Below, one piece after another: positions 9,145-18,212 of a DNA stretch of 64,000 bases. The translations under genes were made by a program, and so were the position numbers. Origin of the DNA: a bacterium (GTDB taxonomy: Bacteria; Krumholzibacteriota; Krumholzibacteriia; LZORAL124-64-63); the NCBI GenBank assembly GCA_031441465.1, contig JANOEP010000016.1, forward strand, positions 96,001 through 160,000, written 5' to 3'. Position 1 is the first letter of the stretch, and every line of letters begins with the position of its first letter. Under the pieces are notes generated by a model. It was not told where the DNA came from. It did no database searches and saw only the letters and a list, made by a program, of their open reading frames with translations.

Positions 9145-10296
9145 ATGATTGCCCGCCGCTACGCCGGTCTCACTCGCGAGAGGCTTGCCGCCTTCCCGGC
9201 TGTCGCCTTACTCGGTCCGCGCCAGTGTGGCAAGACGACGCTCGCCAGGCAGCTCGGGGGCAGCTACTTCGACCTGGAAAACGACGGCCACGCCGCCCGC
9301 CTCGACGCGGAGTGGGACGCGCTGGTCGCAGGCGAGCGGTTGCTCGTGCTCGACGAGGCCCAGCGCGCGCCGTGGGTCTTCTCACGGCTGCGCGGCGCCA
9401 TCGACACCGACCGTAAGCGCAATGGGCGGTTCCTGCTGCTGGGTTCGGTGTCGCCGGCCCTCATGCAGGACGTCTCCGAATCGCTGGCGGGCCGGCTCGG
9501 CCTCGTGCACATGAGCCCGTTGATCCTCCCGGAGCTGAAAGCCGGTCAGCTTGATGACCTCTGGCTGCGCGGCGGCTACCCAGACGGCGGCATCCTCGTT
9601 CCCGGCATGTACCCGGCTTGGCAACAGGCTTACCTGGAACTCCTGGCCACCCGCGACCTCCCGATGTGGGGATTGCCGGCGAAACCGCAGACGACGCAAC
9701 GCCTGATGCAGATGCTGGCTGTCTTGCACGGCCAACCCTGGAACGCCTCGCAGATCGGGTCGAGCCTCTCGCTGGACCATAAGACCGTGTCCAGCTATTG
9801 CGATCATCTCGAGGGCGCCTTCCTGATCCGACGCCTGCCGCCCTACTTCGCCAACACGCGCAAGCGGCTGGTGAAGGCGCCGCGCGTCTATTGGCGGGAC
9901 AGCGGATTGCTGCACTCGTTGATGGGGGTGGCTGGTCTCGACCAGCTCTACCAGCAGCCGTGGCTGGGAGCGAGCTGGGAGGGATTCGTCATCGAACAGA
10001 CTCTCGCGAGCTTGGCGGCCGCGGGCAGGCAGGTGCAGCCCTACTATTTCCGCACGTCCGATGGCCGGGAACTCGACCTCGTGCTCGACTATGGTCACGA
10101 ACGCTGCGCCGTCGAGGTGAAGCTCACTTCGAATCCGACCCGCAGCATGCTGGATCAGTTGATGCTGACGTCCGAACTGGCCCAAGCCGGGCGTGCTGTC
10201 CTGGTCTGCCGCGTCGCGCGGAAGATCGAGAACGACAAGTTGCTGGTCACCAATCTTACCGGCTGGCTCCGCGGGTTGACCGCGAATCCGGGCTAG
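9145..10296 (+). CDS. AAA_14 ATPase with DUF4143 C-terminal PD-(D/E)xK-like domain
   Basis: Walker A GPRQCGKTT, Walker B LVLDEAQ, ESLAGR, RGGYP, ELDLV..AVEVK. Confidence 0.88.
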   Translation: MIARRYAGLTRERLAAFPAVALLGPRQCGKTTLARQLGGSYFDLENDGHAARLDAEWDALVAGERLLVLDEAQRAPWVFSRLRGAIDTDRKRNGRFLLLGSVSPALMQDVSESLAGRLGLVHMSPLILPELKAGQLDDLWLRGGYPDGGILVPGMYPAWQQAYLELLATRDLPMWGLPAKPQTTQRLMQMLAVLHGQPWNASQIGSSLSLDHKTVSSYCDHLEGAFLIRRLPPYFANTRKRLVKAPRVYWRDSGLLHSLMGVAGLDQLYQQPWLGASWEGFVIEQTLASLAAAGRQVQPYYFRTSDGRELDLVLDYGHERCAVEVKLTSNPTRSMLDQLMLTSELAQAGRAVLVCRVARKIENDKLLVTNLTGWLRGLTANPG

Positions 10297-11261
10297 GCCT
10301 GCTGCGCAGGCTCGAGTTCGGTCCGGACCGGGTACGATCGGGCGCTCTTCGCCGTGACACTGTCCCGCCAGCCAGGGTAATGCTCGTCCATCAGCCCCCC
10401 GCAGATCTCCTCGAACTTCTCGCGCTCCTGCGGGGACCACCCGCCGGGCTGCGAAGAAACCCGCCCCGCGTTGGACGTCGGCAGGAGCGGACCGCCGGGC
10501 GGCACCCCGAGGGCGGCCAGCAGTTCGTCCCGCGTGGCCGCCGAGGTGGTCAGATCCTCGAGGCGGAAGGTGTGCGTGGCGATGCGGTCGAGGTTGCGGT
10601 TCGTGTGGACCCAGAACCGGCAAGCCTGGGCGAAGACGTCGCCGGGGAAGACCGGCTTCACGCGGTTCCAGGGGCTGTCCTTGACGTACCAGCCGCGGTT
10701 GAGGCCCGACTGGACGACGCGGCGCCCGTCGCGGATCAGGCGAACGACGGCGTCGGCGCCGATCGCACCAGGCATCAGGGAGAAGTGCGGGGCGCACTCG
10801 ATCTCATGGTTGAAACCATCGACGAAGGCGCGCACTTCTTCGACGCGGCCGTCCGCGATCATCGGCAGCAGGTAGGGCCAGAGCGTCTCGTGGCGGGCGC
10901 GCAGGACGACGCCGTCGAGGTCGGTCCGCCCGTCGAGCCAGTGCGCGACCGACTGCGTCCCGCAGCGGCCCGAGCCGGTGATCAACCCGCGTAGGCGGCG
11001 GGCCTTCGGGCGGGCGTGCAGGGCGACCGGCCGCTTCACCAGGCGGCGCAGCAAGTGGGGGTGCCGCACCGACAGGCTCACCTCGGCCCAGACCGGCAGG
11101 TCGATGATGTCCAGGGTGTCGAGCGCGGCGGGGAACCGCAGGGTGCGTGAATCGATCCCGGGGGCCGAGACGCGCACCAGCCGCTCGCGCTTCCAGTGCG
11201 GCTCGTCCTTGAACAGGCGCAGGGCGCCGCTGCATGCGATCACGTCGTAGGCTTCGTTCAC
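10293..11261 (-). CDS. Sulfotransferase-like protein
   Basis: ITGSGRCGTQS (PSB-loop-like), RLIRDGRRVVQS, FRLEDL; GTGA-coupled to the upstream acyltransferase. Confidence 0.55.
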   Translation of the reverse strand: MNEAYDVIACSGALRLFKDEPHWKRERLVRVSAPGIDSRTLRFPAALDTLDIIDLPVWAEVSLSVRHPHLLRRLVKRPVALHARPKARRLRGLITGSGRCGTQSVAHWLDGRTDLDGVVLRARHETLWPYLLPMIADGRVEEVRAFVDGFNHEIECAPHFSLMPGAIGADAVVRLIRDGRRVVQSGLNRGWYVKDSPWNRVKPVFPGDVFAQACRFWVHTNRNLDRIATHTFRLEDLTTSAATRDELLAALGVPPGGPLLPTSNAGRVSSQPGGWSPQEREKFEEICGGLMDEHYPGWRDSVTAKSARSYPVRTELEPAQQA

Positions 11262-11857
11262 GAGCCGACCGCCTCCATCAAGCTCTTCACTTCGGCCTGC
11301 GCCGGCGTCTCAGGGACGTCGCGGCGACCCACGACGCGCGCCGGGTAGCCGGCCAGGATCGAGAACGGCGGGTAGGCCTTCTTCGCCACGACGCTGCGCG
11401 CGGCCACGACGCAGCCTTCGGGCAGTTCGACGCCGGGCATCACGAAGACGTCGGCGCCCAGCCAGCAGTCGCGGCCGACGACCACCGGCGCGTAGTCGTA
11501 ACCCTGGGCGCTGATCGACTTGCGGAGGTCGTCGAAGCGGTGGTTGATCGTCCAGATCTTCACGCCGGGCCCGAGGATCACATCGTCGCCGAGCCGCAGC
11601 CCGCCGCTGGCCTGCAGGAAGCAGCCGACGCCGATCTCGACGCGGTTGCCGCAGCGGATCTTGTGAGCGCCGCGGTAGCGGACGCCCTCGTGGATGACGA
11701 TGCCGCCGCCGGCGGCGGCGAAGTGCCGCGGGACGTGCCGGTTGCGCCAGATGAAGCCGAGGGTGCCGGGTGTCCGCATCCAGATCGCGTTGAGCAGGTT
11801 GAACCGGCCGATCTCGTCCCGCCAGTCCCAACGCAGCCGCTTGAAGGCTTCGAGCAT
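11258..11857 (-). CDS. Hexapeptide-repeat (LbH) acyltransferase
   Basis: LGDDVILGPGVKIWTINH, VGRDCWLGADVFVMPGV, AGYPARVV; GGGAGG RBS before ATG 11857. Confidence 0.85.
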   Translation of the reverse strand: MLEAFKRLRWDWRDEIGRFNLLNAIWMRTPGTLGFIWRNRHVPRHFAAAGGGIVIHEGVRYRGAHKIRCGNRVEIGVGCFLQASGGLRLGDDVILGPGVKIWTINHRFDDLRKSISAQGYDYAPVVVGRDCWLGADVFVMPGVELPEGCVVAARSVVAKKAYPPFSILAGYPARVVGRRDVPETPAQAEVKSLMEAVGS

Positions 11858-12119
11858 GCCGGTCCTCCCGGGATCGGGTTGGTCGCCGGGAGAACAGGGC
11901 GCGGTCCTCTGAGGTGTGTTGTTGAGGTGCTGGACCGTGCCCATGTCTCCACAGCGTGAGGTGTGGTGCCGGGCCGGGGTGGGGGTCGGGCGTTGCGGTC
12001 CTCGAGGGGACCTCTGCCGGGACCCGGATCCAACCGGCGGCTCAGCTCACGGGAACATGATAGAGGGGCCGTATGTGGGGGAGGTGACGGCGGCGTGAAA
12101 TCTTGACGAAGGAGGGGGA

Positions 12120-13535
12120 TCAGTCGGGGGTGCGGTCGCGCCCGCGCAGGGCCTTTTCCAGGGCCACGGCGGGGCCCCAGTGGCCACGACGGCGCAGCCA
12201 GGCGGCCAGGCGGCGCGGCTCGAAGGAGCGGGCCGCTGTGAAGATCAAGAAACCCAGCGTGACGGCGCGCACGCCCATCCAGGCGGCGTCGCTCCAGGGC
12301 GCGCCGGCGGCCACGACCACGGCGGCGATCACCAGCAGCGGCAGCCAGAACGCGGGTCGCGACAGGTCGCGCAGACCGCTGAGCACGGCCTGCCGGCGCG
12401 TCGGGGGCGGGGCGTCGGCGTCGCGCAGGCCCTCGAGCCGGCGGGCCATGAGATTCTGGAAGCGGCGCGGCAGCGTGCGGCGGCGCCAGGTGATCAGGGT
12501 CGCCGTGCAGGCGACCGCGCCCCACAGCACGATCCAGCCGGCGATGACCGCGCCCAGCGCGGGGGGGCTCACGTGCCAGTGCCGCGCGACCCAGCCGGTC
12601 AGCGCGCCGTAGGCGCGCAGCAGGTGCTCGCCCACCAGCAGCCACTGCAGGACGATGCCCTGCGACGCGGCCCAAGCGCCCACCAGCCAGCCGCCCAGCC
12701 CGACGCCCAGCGCGTTCCAGCCCAGGGTGGAGATCGCGCCGCCGTAGAGCAGGCCCTGCATCGAGATCGCGAGCATCGGCCGCAGGCGGCTGCCGGCCGG
12801 CGACAGCGCCTTGAGGCCCGCGGCGATCAGCGGCACCCAGACCACGCGCCCGCGCCGGCCCAGACCGGAGCCGGCCAGCGTCATGACCGAGGCCTGCAGG
12901 CTGGACATCAGCAGGCCGCGCAGCGGGATCCTCATGCCGTGCAGCGCCGAGCCCAGGCTCATCTCCAGCCCGCCCGCGCCGGCGCCGAAGCCGCCGACGC
13001 GCATCCAGTCGCGGTGCTCGCGGTAGGCGCTGCGCAGCTTCTCCCAGGCGCCAGGGTCCTCGGCGTCGATCACGAGGTCGAAGGGGCGACCCAGTCGCTG
13101 CTTGACCGCATCGAGCACGTCGGTGCGCACGGAGATCACCACGACCTCCGGCTCGGCCGCCGCCAGGTCGGGCCAAAGGGCCAGGTGCCCCTCGCCGCGG
13201 GCCTCGAGCAGGCCGAACTCGTCGAGCACGACCAGGGGACGCGGCGCCTCGCCGCGCAGGCCCGTCGCCCAGACGCGGGCGGCGTTCAGGGTGTCGGCGC
13301 AGAAGACGTAGGCGGGGCGCCCGGGGCCGGAGCGCTCGGCGAAGGGCATGACGCGCCCGTCGGCGACCCATTCCAGTTCGTAGCCCGCGGCGCCGAGCAG
13401 GGGGTTGATGCGGCGCACGGCGCGGGCCAGGAAGCCGTCGGGGGCGAAGCCCTGCGCGCGGGACCAGGCGGCCAACGTGGCCAGCAGCGTGGTCTTGCCC
13501 GAACCGACCGGTCCCGTGACGGCGATCAGCAGCAT
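12120..13535 (-). CDS. NTPase_1/DUF2478-like P-loop NTPase fused to a multi-pass membrane domain
   Basis: N-terminal GPVGSGKTT and LVVLDEFGLLE; C-terminal ~280 aa with several hydrophobic helices. Confidence 0.7.
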   Translation of the reverse strand: MLLIAVTGPVGSGKTTLLATLAAWSRAQGFAPDGFLARAVRRINPLLGAAGYELEWVADGRVMPFAERSGPGRPAYVFCADTLNAARVWATGLRGEAPRPLVVLDEFGLLEARGEGHLALWPDLAAAEPEVVVISVRTDVLDAVKQRLGRPFDLVIDAEDPGAWEKLRSAYREHRDWMRVGGFGAGAGGLEMSLGSALHGMRIPLRGLLMSSLQASVMTLAGSGLGRRGRVVWVPLIAAGLKALSPAGSRLRPMLAISMQGLLYGGAISTLGWNALGVGLGGWLVGAWAASQGIVLQWLLVGEHLLRAYGALTGWVARHWHVSPPALGAVIAGWIVLWGAVACTATLITWRRRTLPRRFQNLMARRLEGLRDADAPPPTRRQAVLSGLRDLSRPAFWLPLLVIAAVVVAAGAPWSDAAWMGVRAVTLGFLIFTAARSFEPRRLAAWLRRRGHWGPAVALEKALRGRDRTPD

Positions 13536-13548
13536 GCCCGCCCCGCCG

Positions 13549-13896
13549 TCACTCGTACTGCCGGGGCACGGCGCAGATGAAGACGAAGGGTTCGTCGCCC
13601 GCGTTGCGGAACTGGTGGGTCTCGTGCGGGGAGACGAAGGCGAAGTCGCCGGGCTCCACGGCGTGGGCCTGGCCGGCGGCGTCGCGCAGCTCGCCGCGCC
13701 CGCTGATGACGTAGTTCAGGTGCTCCGACGGGTGGCTGTGGCAGGGCGTGTGGCCGCCCTTCTCCACGGTGAACACGCGCAGCGAGAAGTTGGGCACGCC
13801 GTCGGCGGAGCCCAGGACGAGCTGCTTGGCGGCATCGCGGACGCCGTCCATGGTCACGGTCTCGCGCGGAACGTCGGCAAGTTTCTTGATCTTCAA
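13549..13896 (-). CDS. Cupin domain protein
   Basis: GGHTPCHSHPSEH...G.G...HETHQFRN; TTG start with GGGAG RBS. Confidence 0.88.
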   Translation of the reverse strand: MKIKKLADVPRETVTMDGVRDAAKQLVLGSADGVPNFSLRVFTVEKGGHTPCHSHPSEHLNYVISGRGELRDAAGQAHAVEPGDFAFVSPHETHQFRNAGDEPFVFICAVPRQYE

Positions 13897-14069
13897 GGCG
13901 GGGCTCCCGGTTCGGGGTGTCTTCGTTCCAGGGGAATCTAACGCCGGGGGGGGCGTCTGTCACCCGCCGGCGGTCGGCCGGCGGCAATACATGGGGTGGG
14001 ACGGTTGAGATCGGGATACTATCATGGTGGAGGTCCGCAGTCGGTCAGGGAGCCAAGGGAGCGCGCGCA

Positions 14070-15308
14070 ATGGTTTCGGAACGGCCACTTCACCGGGTCC
14101 TGGTCATCGACGAGGAATTCGCCATCCGCCCGGACACCGGCAAGCGGCAGCGGTCGTTGTCTTTGATGCGCGGGCTTTTCGGGCGGTACCGCGTGACATA
14201 TCTGGCCTTCGTCGGCGACGAGCACGAGGAGCGGGAAGTCAGGGGTTTCTACGAACCGCTCGGCGTCGAGGTGGTGCCCGTCCGGCGGCCCCGGGTCTAC
14301 AAGAAGGGGGCGAAGCAGACGATCACGGCGCTGAAGGTGCTCGGTCGACGGGAACCGGCCAGCGTCGCCGCCTATCGGAGCCGGGCCTTCCTGGACGCGG
14401 TGTCCCGGCTGCTCGCCGAGCGCAGCTACGATCTGATCCACTGCGAGATCACGCAGATGAGTTGGGCGGTCCCCTTCGGTTGCGGCGTGCCGACCGTCCT
14501 GAACGCGCACAACGTCGAATCCGTCATCTGGAAGCGCTTGGCCGCGGTGTCGAGCCCCGTGCGCCGGCTCGTGTTTTCCAGTCAGGCCGGGAAGATGGCC
14601 GCCTTCGAACGGGAAGTCCTGCCGCGGTTCGACCACGTCGTCAGCGTGAGCGAAGCGGACCGCGACTGCATGTGTCGGGGCTACCGTGACGGGTCGATCG
14701 ACGTCATCGCCAACGGCGCCTGCCTGGACGAGCCCGCACTCCCGCGTCGTCGCGGCGGCACGCCCGTGATCCTGTTTCCGGGCTCCCTGAACTGGCGACC
14801 CGGCCAGGACGCCGCGCACCACCTGGTCACCGCCGTGATGCCCGCGCTCCGGCTCGCGTGCCCGGGCGTGCGCTGCCTGCTGGTCGGCAAGGGGCCTCCG
14901 CAGTGGTTGCTCGACCTGTGCGCGAAGACGCCGGACGTGGAATGCCGGGCCGACGTGCCGTCGATGACCCCCTACTTCGAGCAGTCCGACCTGGTGGTCG
15001 TGCCCCTGCGGGTCGGCAGCGGCAGCCGCCTGAAGATCCTCGAGGCGTTCGCCATGGGACGCGCCGTGGTCTCGACGCCGGTCGGCGCCGAGGGGCTCGC
15101 CGTTCAGGATGGGGTTCACCTCGATCTCGCGGCGCCGGGCCCGCCGTTCGCGGCGGCGGTCCGCGATCTGCTGCTGGACGAAGCGCGACGCGAGCGGTAT
15201 ATCCGCAGTGCGAGGCAGTTCGTCGAGGAGCACCACGCCTGGAACAAGTTGGGCAACGACCTCGACGCAGTCTGGCGACGATTGATCGGCGGCGCCGGTC
15301 GAGCCTGA
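14070..15308 (+). CDS. Glycosyltransferase family 4
   Basis: HNVES, VSEAD, VVPLRVGSGSRLKILEAFAMGRAVVSTPVGAEGL. Confidence 0.9.
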   Translation: MVSERPLHRVLVIDEEFAIRPDTGKRQRSLSLMRGLFGRYRVTYLAFVGDEHEEREVRGFYEPLGVEVVPVRRPRVYKKGAKQTITALKVLGRREPASVAAYRSRAFLDAVSRLLAERSYDLIHCEITQMSWAVPFGCGVPTVLNAHNVESVIWKRLAAVSSPVRRLVFSSQAGKMAAFEREVLPRFDHVVSVSEADRDCMCRGYRDGSIDVIANGACLDEPALPRRRGGTPVILFPGSLNWRPGQDAAHHLVTAVMPALRLACPGVRCLLVGKGPPQWLLDLCAKTPDVECRADVPSMTPYFEQSDLVVVPLRVGSGSRLKILEAFAMGRAVVSTPVGAEGLAVQDGVHLDLAAPGPPFAAAVRDLLLDEARRERYIRSARQFVEEHHAWNKLGNDLDAVWRRLIGGAGRA

Positions 15309-15338
15309 TCCCGGCGACCCGACAAGGAGACCGTTGCG

Positions 15339-16760
15339 ATGCGCCCCCTGGTCTGGTTCCGCAGCGACCTGCGGACCGCCGACAACTCCGCCCTGTACAC
15401 CGCCTGCGCCGCCGCGGAGGGACCGGTCTGCGCCCTGTTCCTGGTCTGCGCCGACCAGTGGCGCGAGCACGACTGGGGCCGGCCGCGCACGGACTTCCTG
15501 CGCCGCTCGGTGGCGCAGTTGGGCGCGGACCTCGCGGCGCTGGACATCCCCCTGCTGGTGCGCGCCGTCGGGTCCTTCGACGCGGCGCCCGCGGCTGTGG
15601 TCGACGTCGCGCGGCATGCCGGTTGCGACGCGGTCTTCTGCAACGTGGAACCGGAGTGGAACGAGCTGCAGCGCGACCTCGCCGCCGCGCGGGCCTGCGC
15701 CGACGCCGGGCTCGCCTGGCACCTCCACGACGACCAGACCGTGCTGCCGCCGTCGTCGCTCGCCACCCGCCAGGGCGGTGCCTACACCGTCTACACGCCC
15801 TACTGGAACACCTGGCGCCTCAACCTGCTGCGCGCGGGCGCGCCGGAGCCCGCACCCGTTCCGCGCGGCCGACCGGCACGCGTGGTGGAGCCCGAGCCCG
15901 GGCCCCCGGATTGGGGGGAGTTCGCGGGACCCGTCGTGCCGGCGACGCGCTGGCCCGCGGGCGAGCGCGCGGCCCGGCGCCGGCTGGACGCCTTCGTCGC
16001 CGGACCGATCAACCTCTACCACGAGCGGCGCAACCAGGCCGATCTCGCGGGAGGCACCAGCGAGCTGTCGCCGTACCTGGCCGTCGGCGCGATCTCGGCG
16101 CGGCAGTGCCTGTCCGCGGTCCTGAAGCGCAACGGCGGCCTGCTGGACACGCTCGGCCTGGGGCCGGCGGTCTGGGTCAAGGAGCTGGTCTGGCGCGAGT
16201 TCTACCGGCACGTGATGACGGGCTACCCGCGCGTGAGTCGCGGGCGCGCCTTCAAGGTCGCGACCGAACGCTTGGCGTGGCGCAGCGACGACGACGAACT
16301 GTCGGCCTGGCAGCAGGGGCGCACCGGCTACCCCTACGTCGATGCCGGCATGAGGCAGCTCGCGGCCGAGGGCTGGATGCACAACCGCCTGCGCATGATC
16401 ACCGCGATGTTCCTGACCAAGCACCTGCTGCACGACTGGCGCGAGGGCGAACAGTGGTTCGCGCAATCGCTGGTCGACGTCGACCTGTCCAGCAACAACG
16501 GCGGCTGGCAGTGGTGCGCCTCTACGGGCACCGACGCCTCGCCCTATTTCCGGGTCTTCAATCCCGCGACCCAGGGTCGCCGCCACGATCCCGACGGCGT
16601 GTACGTGCGACGCTGGGTGCCGGAGCTGGCGGGCCTGAGCGCCCGCGAGGTCCACGAGCCGTCGCCCGCCGCCCGCCGGCACTGTGGCTATCCGGAGCCG
16701 ATCGTGGACCACGTCCTGGCCCGTCACCGCGTCATGGGAGCGTTCCGCGGGCTGATGTGA
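15339..16760 (+). CDS. phrB: Deoxyribodipyrimidine (CPD) photolyase
   Basis: WFRSDLRTADN, TSELSPYL, ELVWREFY, GRTGYPYVDAGMRQL, MHNRLRM, NNGGWQW, RVFNP. Confidence 0.93.
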   Translation: MRPLVWFRSDLRTADNSALYTACAAAEGPVCALFLVCADQWREHDWGRPRTDFLRRSVAQLGADLAALDIPLLVRAVGSFDAAPAAVVDVARHAGCDAVFCNVEPEWNELQRDLAAARACADAGLAWHLHDDQTVLPPSSLATRQGGAYTVYTPYWNTWRLNLLRAGAPEPAPVPRGRPARVVEPEPGPPDWGEFAGPVVPATRWPAGERAARRRLDAFVAGPINLYHERRNQADLAGGTSELSPYLAVGAISARQCLSAVLKRNGGLLDTLGLGPAVWVKELVWREFYRHVMTGYPRVSRGRAFKVATERLAWRSDDDELSAWQQGRTGYPYVDAGMRQLAAEGWMHNRLRMITAMFLTKHLLHDWREGEQWFAQSLVDVDLSSNNGGWQWCASTGTDASPYFRVFNPATQGRRHDPDGVYVRRWVPELAGLSAREVHEPSPAARRHCGYPEPIVDHVLARHRVMGAFRGLM

Positions 16761-16775
16761 GGCGAAGGGGAAGTC

Positions 16776-18212
16776 ATGGAGTCGCACGACAGGGACCAGG
16801 CCGTTCGCGAGAAGCGGTCCGCCGCCGGCAAGTCGGTGGTCGCGGCCGTGGCGCTCACCGGCCTGAAGCTCGTCGTGGGCCTGATGACCGGCAGCCTCGG
16901 CATCCTCGCCGAGGCGCTGCATTCGGCCCTGGATCTCGTGGCGGCGGTGGTGACCTACTTCGCGGTCAGCGTCTCGGACCGCCCCGCCGACCGCGAGCAC
17001 CACTACGGGCACGGCAAGGTCGAGAACCTCGCCGCGATGTTCGAGACCGCGCTGCTGATGGTGACCTGCGTGTGGATCGTCTACGAGGCCGTGCAGCGCC
17101 TGCTCTTCAAGAAGGTGGAGATCGAAGCCACCTGGTGGGCCTTCGGCGTGATGCTCTTCTCGATCGTCGTGGATGTGTCCCGCTCGCGCATGCTGAAGCG
17201 GGCGGCCCTCAAGCACAACAGCCAGGCGCTCGAGGCCGACGCGCTTCACTTCTCGACCGACGTGTGGAGTTCGGCGGTGGTGCTCGTCGGCCTGGGCCTG
17301 GTGTGGCTCGGAGAGCGTTTGGGTTCCACCTGGGGCTGGATGGCGCAGGCCGACGCCGTGGCGGCGTTGGGTGTGGCGGTCATCGTCATGGTGGTCTGCC
17401 TGCAGCTGGGCAAGCGCGCCGTCGCGGCCCTGCTCGACGCGGCCCCGCCGGGCCTCCTGGCCGACGTCGCCGCCGCGGTCGCGGAGGTGCCCGGCGTCCA
17501 GGCGGTCGGGCCGGTGCGCGTGCGTGCGAGCGGGGCGTCGACCTTCGTCGACCTGACCGTGGACGTCGCCCGCAGCGCCGCGCTCGAGGAGGCGCACGCC
17601 GTCGCGGTCGCGGTCGAGGAGCGCGTGCGCTCCCTGGTGCCGCGCTGCGACGTGGTAGTCCACGTCGACCCCGTGAAGAACCGCGACGAGAGCCTGCCGC
17701 GCACCGTGCTGGCCGTGGCCGCGCGGCTCGGCCTGCGCACGCACGGCGTGCATTCCCACGAGGTGCGCGGCCGCTACTTCCTGGACCTGCACGTCGAGAT
17801 GCCCGAGCACCTCACCCTGGCCGAAGCCCACGCCGCGGTCGACCGTTTCGAGGCGGCCGTGCGCGCCGAACTGCCCCACGTCCAGGACATCCGCAGCCAC
17901 CTGGAGCCCTTCGCGGTGCCGCTGGACGAACCATCGCCCCTGACCCCCGCCGCAGAGGCCGAACTCGCGGCGCGGATCGGCGCGGCGGTCGCCGGGGTCT
18001 TCGGCACCGGGCGCTGCCGCGTCGACCGCCTCCACGCGACGCCCGGCGGTCTCGACGCCGTGCTGACCTGCCGGGCCGATCCGGGCCTGACCGTGGGCGA
18101 GGCCCACCAGCTGGCGCACGCGGCCGAAGCCCGCCTGCGCTCGCAGGTGGCCGGGATCGGGCAGGTGCTCATCCACGTGGAGCCCGAGGGCCGGACGGGG
18201 GACCCGCTCTAG
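16776..18212 (+). CDS. Cation diffusion facilitator transporter with three C-terminal dimerisation-type domains
   Basis: EALHSALD, HHYGHGKVE, EADALHFSTD; three repeats of the L.EAH....H[VL][DE]P unit. Confidence 0.88.
   Translation: MESHDRDQAVREKRSAAGKSVVAAVALTGLKLVVGLMTGSLGILAEALHSALDLVAAVVTYFAVSVSDRPADREHHYGHGKVENLAAMFETALLMVTCVWIVYEAVQRLLFKKVEIEATWWAFGVMLFSIVVDVSRSRMLKRAALKHNSQALEADALHFSTDVWSSAVVLVGLGLVWLGERLGSTWGWMAQADAVAALGVAVIVMVVCLQLGKRAVAALLDAAPPGLLADVAAAVAEVPGVQAVGPVRVRASGASTFVDLTVDVARSAALEEAHAVAVAVEERVRSLVPRCDVVVHVDPVKNRDESLPRTVLAVAARLGLRTHGVHSHEVRGRYFLDLHVEMPEHLTLAEAHAAVDRFEAAVRAELPHVQDIRSHLEPFAVPLDEPSPLTPAAEAELAARIGAAVAGVFGTGRCRVDRLHATPGGLDAVLTCRADPGLTVGEAHQLAHAAEARLRSQVAGIGQVLIHVEPEGRTGDPL

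Noticed and set aside
9145..10296. AAA_14/DUF4143 gene as a defence system or mobile element
   Set aside because: Solitary gene with no partner, integrase or terminal repeats; a common family of unknown function
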